DNA from: a virus
Direction: 5' to 3' (one strand)
Virus record (IMG/VR): IMGVR_UViG_3300021326_000150
DNA length: 33,581 nt
In this document: positions 9,498 through 20,701 of the stretch, in pieces
Layout of the letters: each line of letters starts with the position of its first letter
Numbering within the stretch: the first letter of the stretch is position 1
Made by a program: the position numbers and the translations under genes
The notes under the pieces: generated by a model
What the model was told of the DNA's origin: nothing
The model's input: only the letters and a program-made list of their open reading frames with translations
The model's database searches: none

Positions 9498-9620
9498 CTC
9501 CACTTATATTAAATATTATATAATTTATTATTTCTGTTATATAAATATCTCTATATAATGGCTACTTTTTTTAATCTTGCGTGGGGATTAACATTAACAT
9601 TAACGATTGACATTAACGGT
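9498..9620 (-). promoter_or_regulatory. Promoter region of the decoration-capsid operon: RBS, TATA box and upstream ACATTAAC cluster
   Basis: GGAGG at 9498-9502 (minus), TTTATATA at 9538-9545 (minus), and three ACATTAAC copies at 9591-9618. Confidence 0.6.
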
Positions 9621-9785
9621 TGAAAAATAGAATAGCTAAAGGATAGAATAGAAATAAGTCTTTCAAGAGTGATAAGTTGTTAAGGATTATAATTCGTGAA
9701 ATAGGGACTTATTTCTACTGAAAACAAAGTTGGAGTTATTGCTTTCAATATCCTATATGTTTGTCATGTTATTTATAGAAGAATG

Positions 9786-11321
9786 TTAATTCATAAAATT
9801 AAAAAAGTCTTTTTCTAAAGGTAATTCAACATCATTGATGATTAAATCTCGTAAATTATTTAATTCATTTATCATAATATTTTTCTGGATGTCTAATTGG
9901 TAAATGCCTGAATTGTTAATCATTTCAGCATCTAATTCTTGAAAATTAGATAAATCCAATTTTGATTTATGATAATATTCATTATAGTAATATTTTTTAA
10001 TTTCATTTTGTTTTTCATCAGGGAAAATAGGAAATGGCAATTGTTTTAGATATGGAATTGCAATACTGCCCCCATTTCCACCAGTAGCGCAGATATCAAT
10101 TAATCCAATTTTTCTAAGATAATCTAAAAAACATTTAATAAAAATTGATTCTGATAAATTACTATCCTTATGAGTTAAAGTTATTCCATGGATATTTGTA
10201 ATTATATTATCATCATCAAAAATAATTAAAGACCTGCCTTTTTCAAATCCTTCTGCACCAAATATTATATCACCTTTATTTAAGGTTTTTAAATCATTTG
10301 GATTACCAATATATTCCTCTTCTAGAACAGTTCCATATATAGAAATATTTTTTGGTTTGATACATCTATAAAATCCTTTTTTTTGAACATCAGAATATAT
10401 TGAATCACCTATTGCAGAGAACTGAAGGTTTTGACCCCTACTAATCTCAAAATTCCAATCTTCAATGCCTTTAAAACCATGTTTATAATTAGTAATTAAA
10501 AACTCTTCATTTTTAAAATAGTCTGAGTATATAGAAGCATCTAATCTTTTTTTAGTATTTATTTCAGAAAATTTAGGAAAATTAAAATTAAAATTATCAT
10601 CTTTTTGATTATTTAAAATTTCCTCATGTATAACATCCATAATTTTATGATATTTATCCTGAATAGCTTTTTCACGATTAATTATAGCTTTAACTAATAA
10701 TGAAATATACTCAATAATTTTATTTCTGTTCTGATTAGGAAAAGGTATTTTTAAGTCTAACCATAATGTTTTCGCATGTTTTAATGTAGATCCTTTAGGT
10801 GTTAATAAGTATAATTGTTCTTTAAAGAAATCTGATTTCATCATTGCAAAAATATAATACTTTAAATCTTCCTCAAAAACTAATTTTACTAACCCTCCGG
10901 ACATAATATATTGATTTAAATCTTCATTAACATATACTACTTCGCCAACATTGGAATCTTTAACAATTAAAATATCTCCTTCAGTTAGGTTAAATTCTAC
11001 TTCTTTTTTTGCATAACTTTCAATATAATTTTCATAAGTTGTTGGAAAAATTGGTTGAGCTTCAGTATATGTATTAACACTAGGTAAAAAAGAATAACTT
11101 TGCACCGCTTTTGTTCTAATAAAATTAAATCCAGAATCAAAACTTAAATAATAGTCAGAACCAATATCATTTCCTATTATATAATCAATTAATAACTCTT
11201 TAACTAGCTTTATATTTTTATTTTTAATTGGCACAATATTATAGTTTGATGGAGTAAGCTTTTTATCATTACCTATTTCACTAAATCTAATTGTTTTAGG
11301 TGTCTTTGTATATTTCATCAT
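9786..11321 (-). CDS. Restriction-modification specificity (S) subunit with two target-recognition domains
   Basis: Duplicated architecture: L.EGDILIVKD..VG...YYIFAMMKS..GSTLKH...LKIPFP..Q and LNKGDIIFG..G...FIKCFL...G....LKQLPFPIFP..Q. Overlaps the upstream gene by TAATG. Confidence 0.8.
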   Translation of the reverse strand: MMKYTKTPKTIRFSEIGNDKKLTPSNYNIVPIKNKNIKLVKELLIDYIIGNDIGSDYYLSFDSGFNFIRTKAVQSYSFLPSVNTYTEAQPIFPTTYENYIESYAKKEVEFNLTEGDILIVKDSNVGEVVYVNEDLNQYIMSGGLVKLVFEEDLKYYIFAMMKSDFFKEQLYLLTPKGSTLKHAKTLWLDLKIPFPNQNRNKIIEYISLLVKAIINREKAIQDKYHKIMDVIHEEILNNQKDDNFNFNFPKFSEINTKKRLDASIYSDYFKNEEFLITNYKHGFKGIEDWNFEISRGQNLQFSAIGDSIYSDVQKKGFYRCIKPKNISIYGTVLEEEYIGNPNDLKTLNKGDIIFGAEGFEKGRSLIIFDDDNIITNIHGITLTHKDSNLSESIFIKCFLDYLRKIGLIDICATGGNGGSIAIPYLKQLPFPIFPDEKQNEIKKYYYNEYYHKSKLDLSNFQELDAEMINNSGIYQLDIQKNIMINELNNLRDLIINDVELPLEKDFFNFMN

Positions 11322-13423
11322 TAATCACCTAAAAACTTATGTTTTAATGTTTCTTCCTGAGTATTTACCCATTCTTTAAATTCTGTAATGATACTACTAA
11401 AGTCTTCAGCAAGAATTGCATCACCATTTTCATCAGTTACTACATCAAATGTTTCTTCATCAATTTTATATTTCTTTTTAAATGTTTTAATTGATTTAAC
11501 TGTTTTAACTTCATAACCAACGTTTTCTATTGTTTTTGCAAAAATTTCATAATCATTTTCTTTCAATTTATTTAATGTATCTTTATCTGGTTTATATCCT
11601 ATAATTAAAACTGTATTAACATTAGTATCAGCAAAAACATTTGTAGGTAGTTCAAATAATGCCACTATTCTAATATTGTCCATTAACCATTCTCTAGCTT
11701 TAACATCCCTATCTACGGATGCAATACTATTAGATAAAACGATTCCAAACCTACCATTCTCTTTCAATAATCTAACCGCATTTTCTAAGAATAAGATTCC
11801 CATATCCATGCTTTTACTTTTATCATTATCCCACAATTCATATAATTCAGCAATATCCCTATCTTTCCTATTTTTAGGTTTATATGCTCTGCCCTTACCA
11901 AAAGGAGGATTAGTTAAAACAACATCAAATTTCATTAATTCAGTTTTATCAACCCAATTATCCCAATTTCCATTTTGATGATATTTATGGTTTAATTCTA
12001 CAATATTTCCTTTAATATCAAATTTATGATTTAATGAACCTTTATTTGGAACATATTCAATCTTTGCATTTCCATCCCCATTAAGTAACATGTTTAATTG
12101 AGATAGCATAATCATTTGTTTGTCATTATCTAATCCATATAAGTTGGAATCATTTAACTTAGGGTTTGAATTAACGTAACTGACTGAGAGGAAATCACTA
12201 ATTCCAGTACATGGATCAATCAACCGTTCATTTCCTCTAGGGTTTACAATATTAACTAAAAAGTTAATTAATACTAATGGTGTTAAAAATTGTCCATTTT
12301 GTTCTTTAGCAAATTCATTAGAGAATTTATAGAAAACTAATTGATATAAATCAGTTTTATAAGATTTAATAAATGAATAATTTTGAAATGTTTCAACTAC
12401 TGAAATTACTGTTTGAATATGAGATTCATCTCTCCAATCAATATGGTCATTTTCTAAAATTTTAGTATACACTTCTTTTGCATTATCGAAGATATTAGTC
12501 ATTCTATTGATAAAGTTTTGTATGTTATCATCCATAAGAGAGTCATAATTCTTTTCTTCATCAAGAATATAAAAATTTAAAGGGGAATTATATTTCTCAT
12601 CATAAATCTTTAAAGCAAGAACTTCAATTATTATACGATAACCATCAGGTGAATTAAGACCAACTTTGTCTAAAGTAAATGTTACATTGTTTAAATCTTC
12701 ATTAATTTTATTAGATTTAATACCAGTAATTTTTTCTAAATCATCAACTGTTCTATTGCTTAAATCTACATTTACAAATTTTTTCTTATCTATGATATCT
12801 TTAAAAGATGGTAAGCTAGTATATGAATCAGGTAAGTGTAAAGATAACCTTTCTAATTCTGAATTTCCTTTACCATTTTTTGTATCATCATATCGAGTGT
12901 ATTTCTCATTATCTTTTTGAAAAATCCATAATTTCTCATGATCATAATATATCCCAACAACAAAATCTTTTTCGGATTCTTTCATTGCTGGTTTTAATTG
13001 TTGATTATAATAAGTTTCAAGTTTATTTCCTTTCTCATTTTTAAATTCAATTGCCACTATCAAATGTTTTCTTAACCAATCCAAATCATCTTGGGTTTTA
13101 TCAGTCCAAAATTTATTATAATGATTAATCCAATCTTTATCATCAAAAATAGCTGAATCCATTTTTAAAGGGGTTGATGATGGATTTCCTTTTGGAAAAA
13201 AAACTTCTGCACCTATATAATCTTTATTAAATAATCCTGAATTAATTATCGAATAAATAAATTGCCATTTATAATATTCTTCATTTGGAAGGGATTTTAC
13301 ATTTTTAATTGGGATATCTTTTTTCATTTTTCCATTAACTGGAACTAAACTATCTATGCTGCTTTTTTTCTCGTGTTCAGCATTGAATTTGTCTTTTGAC
13401 TCCTTAAATGATTTAGAACTCAT
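11321..13423 (-). CDS. Fused restriction endonuclease / N6-adenine methyltransferase (Type IIB/IIG-like, BcgI-A architecture)
   Basis: N-terminal PD-(D/E)xK-like MDSAIF...IVAIEFK. MTase motifs GQFLTP, IDPCTG, GLDND, VVLTNPPFG, LENAV.LL..GR.GIVL. Confidence 0.88.
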   Translation of the reverse strand: MSSKSFKESKDKFNAEHEKKSSIDSLVPVNGKMKKDIPIKNVKSLPNEEYYKWQFIYSIINSGLFNKDYIGAEVFFPKGNPSSTPLKMDSAIFDDKDWINHYNKFWTDKTQDDLDWLRKHLIVAIEFKNEKGNKLETYYNQQLKPAMKESEKDFVVGIYYDHEKLWIFQKDNEKYTRYDDTKNGKGNSELERLSLHLPDSYTSLPSFKDIIDKKKFVNVDLSNRTVDDLEKITGIKSNKINEDLNNVTFTLDKVGLNSPDGYRIIIEVLALKIYDEKYNSPLNFYILDEEKNYDSLMDDNIQNFINRMTNIFDNAKEVYTKILENDHIDWRDESHIQTVISVVETFQNYSFIKSYKTDLYQLVFYKFSNEFAKEQNGQFLTPLVLINFLVNIVNPRGNERLIDPCTGISDFLSVSYVNSNPKLNDSNLYGLDNDKQMIMLSQLNMLLNGDGNAKIEYVPNKGSLNHKFDIKGNIVELNHKYHQNGNWDNWVDKTELMKFDVVLTNPPFGKGRAYKPKNRKDRDIAELYELWDNDKSKSMDMGILFLENAVRLLKENGRFGIVLSNSIASVDRDVKAREWLMDNIRIVALFELPTNVFADTNVNTVLIIGYKPDKDTLNKLKENDYEIFAKTIENVGYEVKTVKSIKTFKKKYKIDEETFDVVTDENGDAILAEDFSSIITEFKEWVNTQEETLKHKFLGD

Positions 13424-13521
13424 ATCATCACATAAAAAAATAACTTATATCTATATATCAAGTTACAAGTATTAAAATTTTTTTAGTGAAATTTATTGGA
13501 AATACTTTAAAATAATGAAAA

Positions 13522-13929
13522 TTATCTATTTTCATCATCAATAATAGCCTGCTCAGCCTCACCGCTTTCAATCATGTTGATAGCCATATCAAAGTTAGTT
13601 TTAATATCACTCATTAATCTTAGTTCAGAATCCCAAACTTCGTTTTCATGTTCCCTGGTGATGCCCCAGACACTAGCATCAAGTTCACCTTCAATTAAAT
13701 CTTCAGCTAATAATTCTTCATAAATTGAAAAATATTTTACTTGAATTTCTTCACGTAACTTTTTCAGCTGCTCATAATCACTAATTAAATCTTCAACTTG
13801 ATTTTTATGTAATCTGAATCTAGCATGGTCGTACATTAGCTTCATTTTCCTAAAGCTATCAAGAACTTCTTTTTCATCATCTTCAAGCTCATCATACTTT
13901 CTTATTCTATCGTTATTCATATCAATCAC
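13522..13929 (-). CDS. Hypothetical acidic helical protein
   Basis: 135-aa ORF with GTGA RBS. No family recognised. Confidence 0.65.
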   Translation of the reverse strand: MIDMNNDRIRKYDELEDDEKEVLDSFRKMKLMYDHARFRLHKNQVEDLISDYEQLKKLREEIQVKYFSIYEELLAEDLIEGELDASVWGITREHENEVWDSELRLMSDIKTNFDMAINMIESGEAEQAIIDDENR

Positions 13930-14059
13930 TATTCATTATTTGAATAAACGATTATAAAAGCTTTTTGATATAAGTATAAGGCATTATTGCTCTCAATTTG
14001 TAATTTTACCGGTTCAGAGCAATATTGATATGGGAAAGTAATAATTATAAAAAAAGAAA

Positions 14060-14341
14060 TTAGTCAGCATTAATGTTTTTAACTATCTCCTCACCTTTAT
14101 CTGTTAATCTGTACAATCTGCCTTTTCTAACTTCTGGATTAATACATTCAACAAGTTCATGTGCTTTTAATTCAGCTAGAACTTTTGAAATATGATTTGG
14201 TCTAATTTCTGAATCCCTAGCAATGTGAGTTGGTATTTTTACTTCACCGTCTAAAGACTTCATTACCTTTGCTCTATATGTTGAAATCTGTACATAGCTA
14301 ATTTCTGATAACATTTCATCGGTTAATTCCATTACTATCAC
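14060..14341 (-). CDS. Winged-helix (MarR/ArsR-like) transcriptional regulator
   Basis: YR.KVMKSL..K.P..IA...NHISKVLAELK...LV.C.N...RKGRLY.LT.KG pattern. Paralog of 32740..33021. Confidence 0.88.
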   Translation of the reverse strand: MIVMELTDEMLSEISYVQISTYRAKVMKSLDGEVKIPTHIARDSEIRPNHISKVLAELKAHELVECINPEVRKGRLYRLTDKGEEIVKNINAD

Positions 14342-14457
14342 TTATTATTATTTTAATATATTATTTGATTTATATTTTTATTTAAATATTCAAAGTAATA
14401 TTAACTAAAATTTATATCATATTGAACACAAAATAAATTTAAGAGAATTTTCTTAGG

Positions 14458-14706
14458 GTGATATTAATGGAAAATTTAGAAAAGATTCATGAGACAATAA
14501 ACACTATTGCAGAAGACCCAAGAGTTACTATTTCTAAAATTGATGATTACACATTTGATATAGCTATTGAAGGCGAATTAATGGATTCATTTGATAAACT
14601 TGGAGTTATTCAAAAAGAAATAGATGACAGTTGTTCTGATGAATACACTCTTAAAACTATTTATGGCGACGGACAAGATGCAAAATTTATTTTAAAAAAG
14701 AATTAG
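14458..14706 (+). CDS. Small hypothetical protein
   Basis: 82-aa ORF, GGTGA RBS, upstream TTTATA box. Confidence 0.6.
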   Translation: MILMENLEKIHETINTIAEDPRVTISKIDDYTFDIAIEGELMDSFDKLGVIQKEIDDSCSDEYTLKTIYGDGQDAKFILKKN

Positions 14707-14721
14707 CATTGGAGTTTTGCT

Positions 14722-15003
14722 ATGCCTACAGACATTTTTGAAAAACATAATATAAACTTACCGTCTATTGATGAAGCAGATGCAAAAGATAATCCACCAA
14801 TTGTTGTTAAATTTACCAATGGCCAATGGAATTGGTATATTATAGGCGGAGATAAACTTGATAATGGAGATTATCTCCTGTATGGTTTAGTAGATGGAAT
14901 GGAAAAAGAATTAGGAAAATTCACCCTAAAAGAAATAGAAACCGTTTCAGCTACATTAACACCTGACTTTGATAGTATTGGCCTTTATGATTTAAAAAGC
15001 CAA

Positions 15004-15009
<6 letters not shown>
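14722..15009 (+). CDS. DUF2958-like small mobile-element protein
   Basis: PIVVKF...W.WYI......YGLVDG.EKELG.F.L.E..V pattern. GGAG RBS. Confidence 0.7.
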
Positions 15010-16176
<1,167 letters not shown>

Positions 16177-16180
16177 TATT

Positions 16181-17203
16181 TTATTCCTCCTCATGTGTCC
16201 ATGGTTCAATACTTATTCTTTCCCATTGAATGTGGCCTCCTGCTTCATAAATCATTATTGCAGGATAGAATGTATCAAATGTTATCTTATCTGAAATATC
16301 AGCTTCATATGTGAAATCATCTGTAGCTCCATGTGTTATTGTAGCTTTAACATAACCGTTATCATAATACAAATCAAAATAATACTTCTGCGAATCCAAT
16401 GCCAGCTGTCCTGATGAAACATTAACATCCCGTACTACATGGTCAGATGTGGAATATTTCAGTCCTTTCTTAGCAGGATAAGCACCCAGTTCCAGAATTT
16501 TTGTATCTCTGTAATGGCTTAATGATTTGGAATTGACTAAAGCTATTGCATCGCCCCATCCCTGGTTGCTGTCCTTTTTCTGATAGATAGCTACTTCCAT
16601 ATGAATTCCGCTTGTCCCATCAATACCGTTAGAGTATACCCCGGGTATTGCCATTACTACAGAAGCTGCTACAGTATCTTTTGCCAAATCATAAACCTCA
16701 CTATCATCTACCATATCAATATCAAATGTGGGTGATATGCTTGTTGGATACTTAACAATTTCATAAGCCCCTAAATTTCCATCCCATGCATAATCATCGA
16801 AATTTAAAAATGGAACGCATGTATAATTAATGTTAAAGGCTTCTTTTCTTCCAACTTTGCAGATGACAGTTCCTGTAGCATCTTTAACATATGGTACTGT
16901 AACGGCTGACTTTCCGTTAGAATCTGTTCTGACAACACTGTGAACTCCATCAACCCACCAGTCAATTGGAACTCCTGAATCTTCAAGTGTTACGCTGTAT
17001 TCAAATCCTTCCGGAGGAACTGTATCTGATTTTACAATACGTAATACGGGGATTCCAAACATCATCATTAACCGTTCTGCAAGTTCAAATATTGTGAGAG
17101 TATTGTCCCACCAGATGTTATATTCAGTCAGCTTATTTCTAAGCTTTGTTCTTGTATTTCCAAGCCTTGTGTTTTCCAAAATAACATTACTAGCTATGCT
17201 CAT
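16181..17203 (-). CDS. Putative virion fibre/receptor-binding protein with beta-rich C-terminus
   Basis: N-terminal RLGNTRTKLRNKL...TIFELAER shared with the next gene. Start placed at MSIASN (17203), avoiding a 92-nt overlap. Confidence 0.65.
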   Translation of the reverse strand: MSIASNVILENTRLGNTRTKLRNKLTEYNIWWDNTLTIFELAERLMMMFGIPVLRIVKSDTVPPEGFEYSVTLEDSGVPIDWWVDGVHSVVRTDSNGKSAVTVPYVKDATGTVICKVGRKEAFNINYTCVPFLNFDDYAWDGNLGAYEIVKYPTSISPTFDIDMVDDSEVYDLAKDTVAASVVMAIPGVYSNGIDGTSGIHMEVAIYQKKDSNQGWGDAIALVNSKSLSHYRDTKILELGAYPAKKGLKYSTSDHVVRDVNVSSGQLALDSQKYYFDLYYDNGYVKATITHGATDDFTYEADISDKITFDTFYPAIMIYEAGGHIQWERISIEPWTHEEE

Positions 17204-17213
17204 CTTTAACGCC

Positions 17214-18074
17214 TCACAGTTCCGGTTCATAATATATTTTTGTATCTTTTGTGTTGCATATGGTGTGGGCGTCTGATTTGTAGCCATCACTGCCATATGC
17301 TCCAAATACTATCTCATCGGAATTCCATACATCTCCCGGATCAAAAGTTCCTGAAATTAAGACATTATCGTTTGAATCCTTGAATATGTATTGCAGATAA
17401 TAGTCATCTGTTTTTTTAAGAATCATTGTTCCTTCAGCAAATGGATGATTGTTATCACGTACTGAATCATTTGCAACCCCCCATCCGTTGTCCAGTGAAA
17501 AGACTCCGGGATATCCTCCGACAGAACCTATGAATACTCCAGTATAACCGTCGGGATTATAATCTCTAATCAGTCCAGAACTTTCATGGTTTTCATCTAC
17601 AAGGAATCCAATTCCCATTAATCCGTTCCATCCTCCGGATATGTTGAATTGTGATTCAATTCTCCATCCGTCATTATCTCCATAATAGTATGTTCCGGGA
17701 GTAGTGACAAATTTACCGAAAGTTGCAGTGTAATACCAACCGTCCTCTTCAAACTGATCTTGAGTATCATCATTTGTATATGATACACAATAGTTTCCAT
17801 TGTTGGCACTTGACCATGATGCAGCACTGATATTAGCCATCTTATACAAGGTTGATAGTTTTCCTGCGGTCTGGGGATTAACATTAACGTCCGTTTGAAA
17901 TATCGGAAGAATTTCATACCTGTCTATTAATTGATTAATGCTATCTGTCTGACTATAACTGATTCCGGCATTTGTCAGCCCTGTTCTCAGATTAGTTCTT
18001 AAGGTTGTTAATCTGGAATTCATTAGCTGTTCATTAGCCAGAACTTGTGAAAGGTCAGGAGGGGTGAAACTCAT
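17214..18074 (-). CDS. Putative virion fibre/receptor-binding protein (lectin-like C-terminus possible)
   Basis: N-terminal RLTTLRTNLRTGL...SINQLIDR. C-terminus rich in G/W/Y/D/N beta strands. Confidence 0.65.
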   Translation of the reverse strand: MSFTPPDLSQVLANEQLMNSRLTTLRTNLRTGLTNAGISYSQTDSINQLIDRYEILPIFQTDVNVNPQTAGKLSTLYKMANISAASWSSANNGNYCVSYTNDDTQDQFEEDGWYYTATFGKFVTTPGTYYYGDNDGWRIESQFNISGGWNGLMGIGFLVDENHESSGLIRDYNPDGYTGVFIGSVGGYPGVFSLDNGWGVANDSVRDNNHPFAEGTMILKKTDDYYLQYIFKDSNDNVLISGTFDPGDVWNSDEIVFGAYGSDGYKSDAHTICNTKDTKIYYEPEL

Positions 18075-18079
18075 CTTAA

Positions 18080-18934
18080 TCAGCTCCCGAGCAAATTCAA
18101 GTTTGCTGTTTGTGTGGATGTTATTGTTCCAATAGCTGTTTGGACATTTTCAATAGCTATAGCTACCGGTGCGTTTTTAATAGCGTTGGTTGTATCGGTT
18201 GTATCTAAAGTGCTTGCAAGATTAACAGGGCCGGTATCACCAGTATCTCCTTTATCACCTTTAGCGCCAGATGTACCGGTATCACCTTTAGGTCCGGCAG
18301 GGCCAGTATCACCAGTATCTCCTTTCAGACCACTCACCCCAGTATCTCCTTTTTCACCGGATGCACCAGTATCTCCTTTAGGTCCTTTCAAATTAAAATA
18401 TTGGTCAACTAATGCTTTACCATCACTTATACATGCAATATGACATATATTATTATCAGTTCTTGTGAGTACCCAGTCTCCAAGATTTACTTCTGTTGCC
18501 CATGTATTATTCTCCAATAAATCACTGACATAAAATCCTCCATATAATGAAGGTTGAGCCGGACAGCCTGTTGAAGATAAACTGCTGTTTCTGCCACTGA
18601 TGGACAGTAATATTTGTGCTCCGGCTTTACCTGCAGGACCTGTTTCACCAGTGTCTCCGTGAATACCTGTTGCTCCGGACATGTCTGTTATGAATGTGAA
18701 TTCGGATGTTCCTCTGAGATATAATTTAGCGTTATCGGGATCTTCAACATTAGATTGGATTGCAACAAAACTTCCATCAGGAACATTATTGAAATCAGCT
18801 TCCATTAATGCTATTGTTGAATATGTTTTAAAAATTGTGAATGGTGCGCCTGCAGGACCTGTTTCACCAGTAGCTCCTTGAGGTCCTGTTGCTCCTATAT
18901 CACCTCTTAAGTTTCCAACATTTCTCCAAGTCAT
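18080..18934 (-). CDS. Collagen-like fibre protein
   Basis: Three G-X-Y blocks separated by FTIFKTYST...DNAKLYLR and Cys-containing domains. Confidence 0.85.
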   Translation of the reverse strand: MTWRNVGNLRGDIGATGPQGATGETGPAGAPFTIFKTYSTIALMEADFNNVPDGSFVAIQSNVEDPDNAKLYLRGTSEFTFITDMSGATGIHGDTGETGPAGKAGAQILLSISGRNSSLSSTGCPAQPSLYGGFYVSDLLENNTWATEVNLGDWVLTRTDNNICHIACISDGKALVDQYFNLKGPKGDTGASGEKGDTGVSGLKGDTGDTGPAGPKGDTGTSGAKGDKGDTGDTGPVNLASTLDTTDTTNAIKNAPVAIAIENVQTAIGTITSTQTANLNLLGS

Positions 18935-18937
18935 TTA

Positions 18938-19576
18938 TTATTCCTCCCATACATAAAGTTCGCCGTTAATTAAGTAAGCATCTCCCACTTGAGGATTTGG
19001 AACGTTCTCTTCCAATTCTTCCAGACTATCATATGAGCCTTTTATTATTGTTGATATTCCGGCAGGGCCAGTATCACCAGTATCTCCTTTCTCTCCTTTA
19101 GCACCGCCACCTGCTAATTTAAAACAGTTAATGTAATTGTATTCATCAGAATCTTCCACAGGATGTAATGCCAAGTATTCACCTGATGAATCTTTAACGG
19201 CTCCGTTTTCACCCAGTTTGATTTTATCGGCCGGTGCAATATCTTTAACACCGCTGGCCAGTTTGAGTCTGTAAAGATGGCCTAACACTAACACACTGGC
19301 TTTTCTTTGGCCGTTATCCATTACTGTCGGGTCATTAACGATTATGCCTATTGGTATTTCATCATTATCGCCAGTGTATTTTTTAACCATTTCTTTTCCG
19401 ATTTCGGATTTGTCTGAAATGGTTACTGTATCTTCAGGATATAATTTGTCAGTGTAATCATAACCGATGCTTTGGCCTGTTTGTGTAACTACGTCTTTTG
19501 AGGTTACATCTCCATCATCAAGTAAAAATGTTGTGACTTCTTTTCTTTGTTCAAGTAAAACTATTTGGTCTTGCAT
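18938..19576 (-). CDS. Decoration-domain protein fused to a short collagen segment and a truncated IKGSYD domain
   Basis: N-terminal ~155 aa closely parallel 9005..9487 (IVLLE.RKEVTTFLLD.G; VLGHL.RLKLASG). Ends GDAYLINGELYVWEE. Confidence 0.85.
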   Translation of the reverse strand: MQDQIVLLEQRKEVTTFLLDDGDVTSKDVVTQTGQSIGYDYTDKLYPEDTVTISDKSEIGKEMVKKYTGDNDEIPIGIIVNDPTVMDNGQRKASVLVLGHLYRLKLASGVKDIAPADKIKLGENGAVKDSSGEYLALHPVEDSDEYNYINCFKLAGGGAKGEKGDTGDTGPAGISTIIKGSYDSLEELEENVPNPQVGDAYLINGELYVWEE

Positions 19577-20175
19577 TAAACACTCACCTCATATATGTGA
19601 TTACCTTTAACGTGGGGATTGCATTTGATATTCATTTCATGTTTTCTGGCTTCTGTGCAGAAATATAAATCTTCAGAAAGTACTGTATCATCGTCGTAGA
19701 TAACATATCTGAAATATGGATAGCTCATCTTTCTGAAGACATTAACATTAACGAGGCTGATTCCAAGTCCTCCTCCTTTAACGTCAATGGGATTGTTAAG
19801 GTTCCATAATGTTTTTCCATAGATCATGTTTTTGTCAGTGTAATCTTTTCCAAAATCATAGATGACGGTTTGATCTGTTTTTGTTCTTTTCTTGTAATAC
19901 CAGCCTAAAGCAATATCCGTTTCACACTTTAACAGATTGTTTACAGTTTGTCTAGGCACACTAACATCTGAATCTACCATTAACACATAGTCAAAGTCGT
20001 ATTTGATTGCTAGCTTTGCTATTTCGTTTCTTGCACGTGCGCAGTCATAGCCTTTAACATAATCAAAATATAGTAAATAATCGTTAGGATTTTTCATGCC
20101 GTAAATACTTTTAAAGCATTCCGGTTTGATGTTTTCGAATGTTGGAACGGCAATTAGGATTTTACCTTTCATCAT
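19576..20175 (-). CDS. GT-A fold (GT2-like) glycosyltransferase
   Basis: KILIAVPT, ARARNEIA...FDYVLMVDSD (DxD), GGGLGISLV, SEDLYFC, H. Start placed at MMKGK. Confidence 0.88.
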   Translation of the reverse strand: MMKGKILIAVPTFENIKPECFKSIYGMKNPNDYLLYFDYVKGYDCARARNEIAKLAIKYDFDYVLMVDSDVSVPRQTVNNLLKCETDIALGWYYKKRTKTDQTVIYDFGKDYTDKNMIYGKTLWNLNNPIDVKGGGLGISLVNVNVFRKMSYPYFRYVIYDDDTVLSEDLYFCTEARKHEMNIKCNPHVKGNHIYEVSV

Positions 20176-20443
20176 TGCCCTCCAGCTTTTCGATTCTCTC
20201 TTCCAGTTCATCCAAGTTTATCTTGTCTTGTTTTTCACATGTATATTCATAAATGTCAATTACTGCTACAATAACAATAGCTACTGTTAATGGTAACAGT
20301 CCTTCGATTAAAGCATACTTTGTTGCGTTGGTCATTATGATGTTGATAGCTATTGCTGTTAAAACTGCACTGGAGATTGTTTTGGTAAAGTTACAAATGA
20401 CTATTTTATTTTTTAGTTTGTTCATGATAACAATATCCTCCAA
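20162..20443 (-). CDS. Small two-TM membrane protein (holin-like)
   Basis: Two hydrophobic segments followed by a charged coiled tail. Confidence 0.6.
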   Translation of the reverse strand: MEDIVIMNKLKNKIVICNFTKTISSAVLTAIAINIIMTNATKYALIEGLLPLTVAIVIVAVIDIYEYTCEKQDKINLDELEERIEKLEGNDER

Positions 20444-20449
20444 AGAAGT

Positions 20450-20701
20450 TTATTTTTCTTCAGGATATCCCAAAACTTTTTTAGTTTTTTGTTTAGCGTC
20501 TTCAACATCTCCCTCGCCTCTTATTCTACTTGCATAATGACTAGCTACACCTAACACTATCATAAGAATGCAATAAGGAAGAGTATTTTCAGTAATACCC
20601 AATGCCTCTGAATATAACATTACTATTGGAATAACGGTAACTAAAAATGATGTTAAAATATCAATGTCCTTTCTGTTTCGCTCCAACCATTCATAAATCA
20701 T
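20450..20701 (-). CDS. Small two-TM membrane protein (holin-like)
   Basis: ILTSFLVTVIPIVMLY and LPYCILMIVLGVASHY segments with a charged C-terminus. Confidence 0.6.
   Translation of the reverse strand: MIYEWLERNRKDIDILTSFLVTVIPIVMLYSEALGITENTLPYCILMIVLGVASHYASRIRGEGDVEDAKQKTKKVLGYPEEK

Noticed and set aside
11321-13423. Classical Type I system (hsdM/hsdS/hsdR)
   Set aside because: No helicase-containing HsdR is nearby, and the MTase carries its own N-terminal nuclease-like domain, which fits Type IIB/IIG better.
16181-17305. ORF-track starts at 17305, 16209, 4630, 32109 and 27054
   Set aside because: Downstream ATGs with RBS and without long overlaps are better supported, so shorter coordinates were used.
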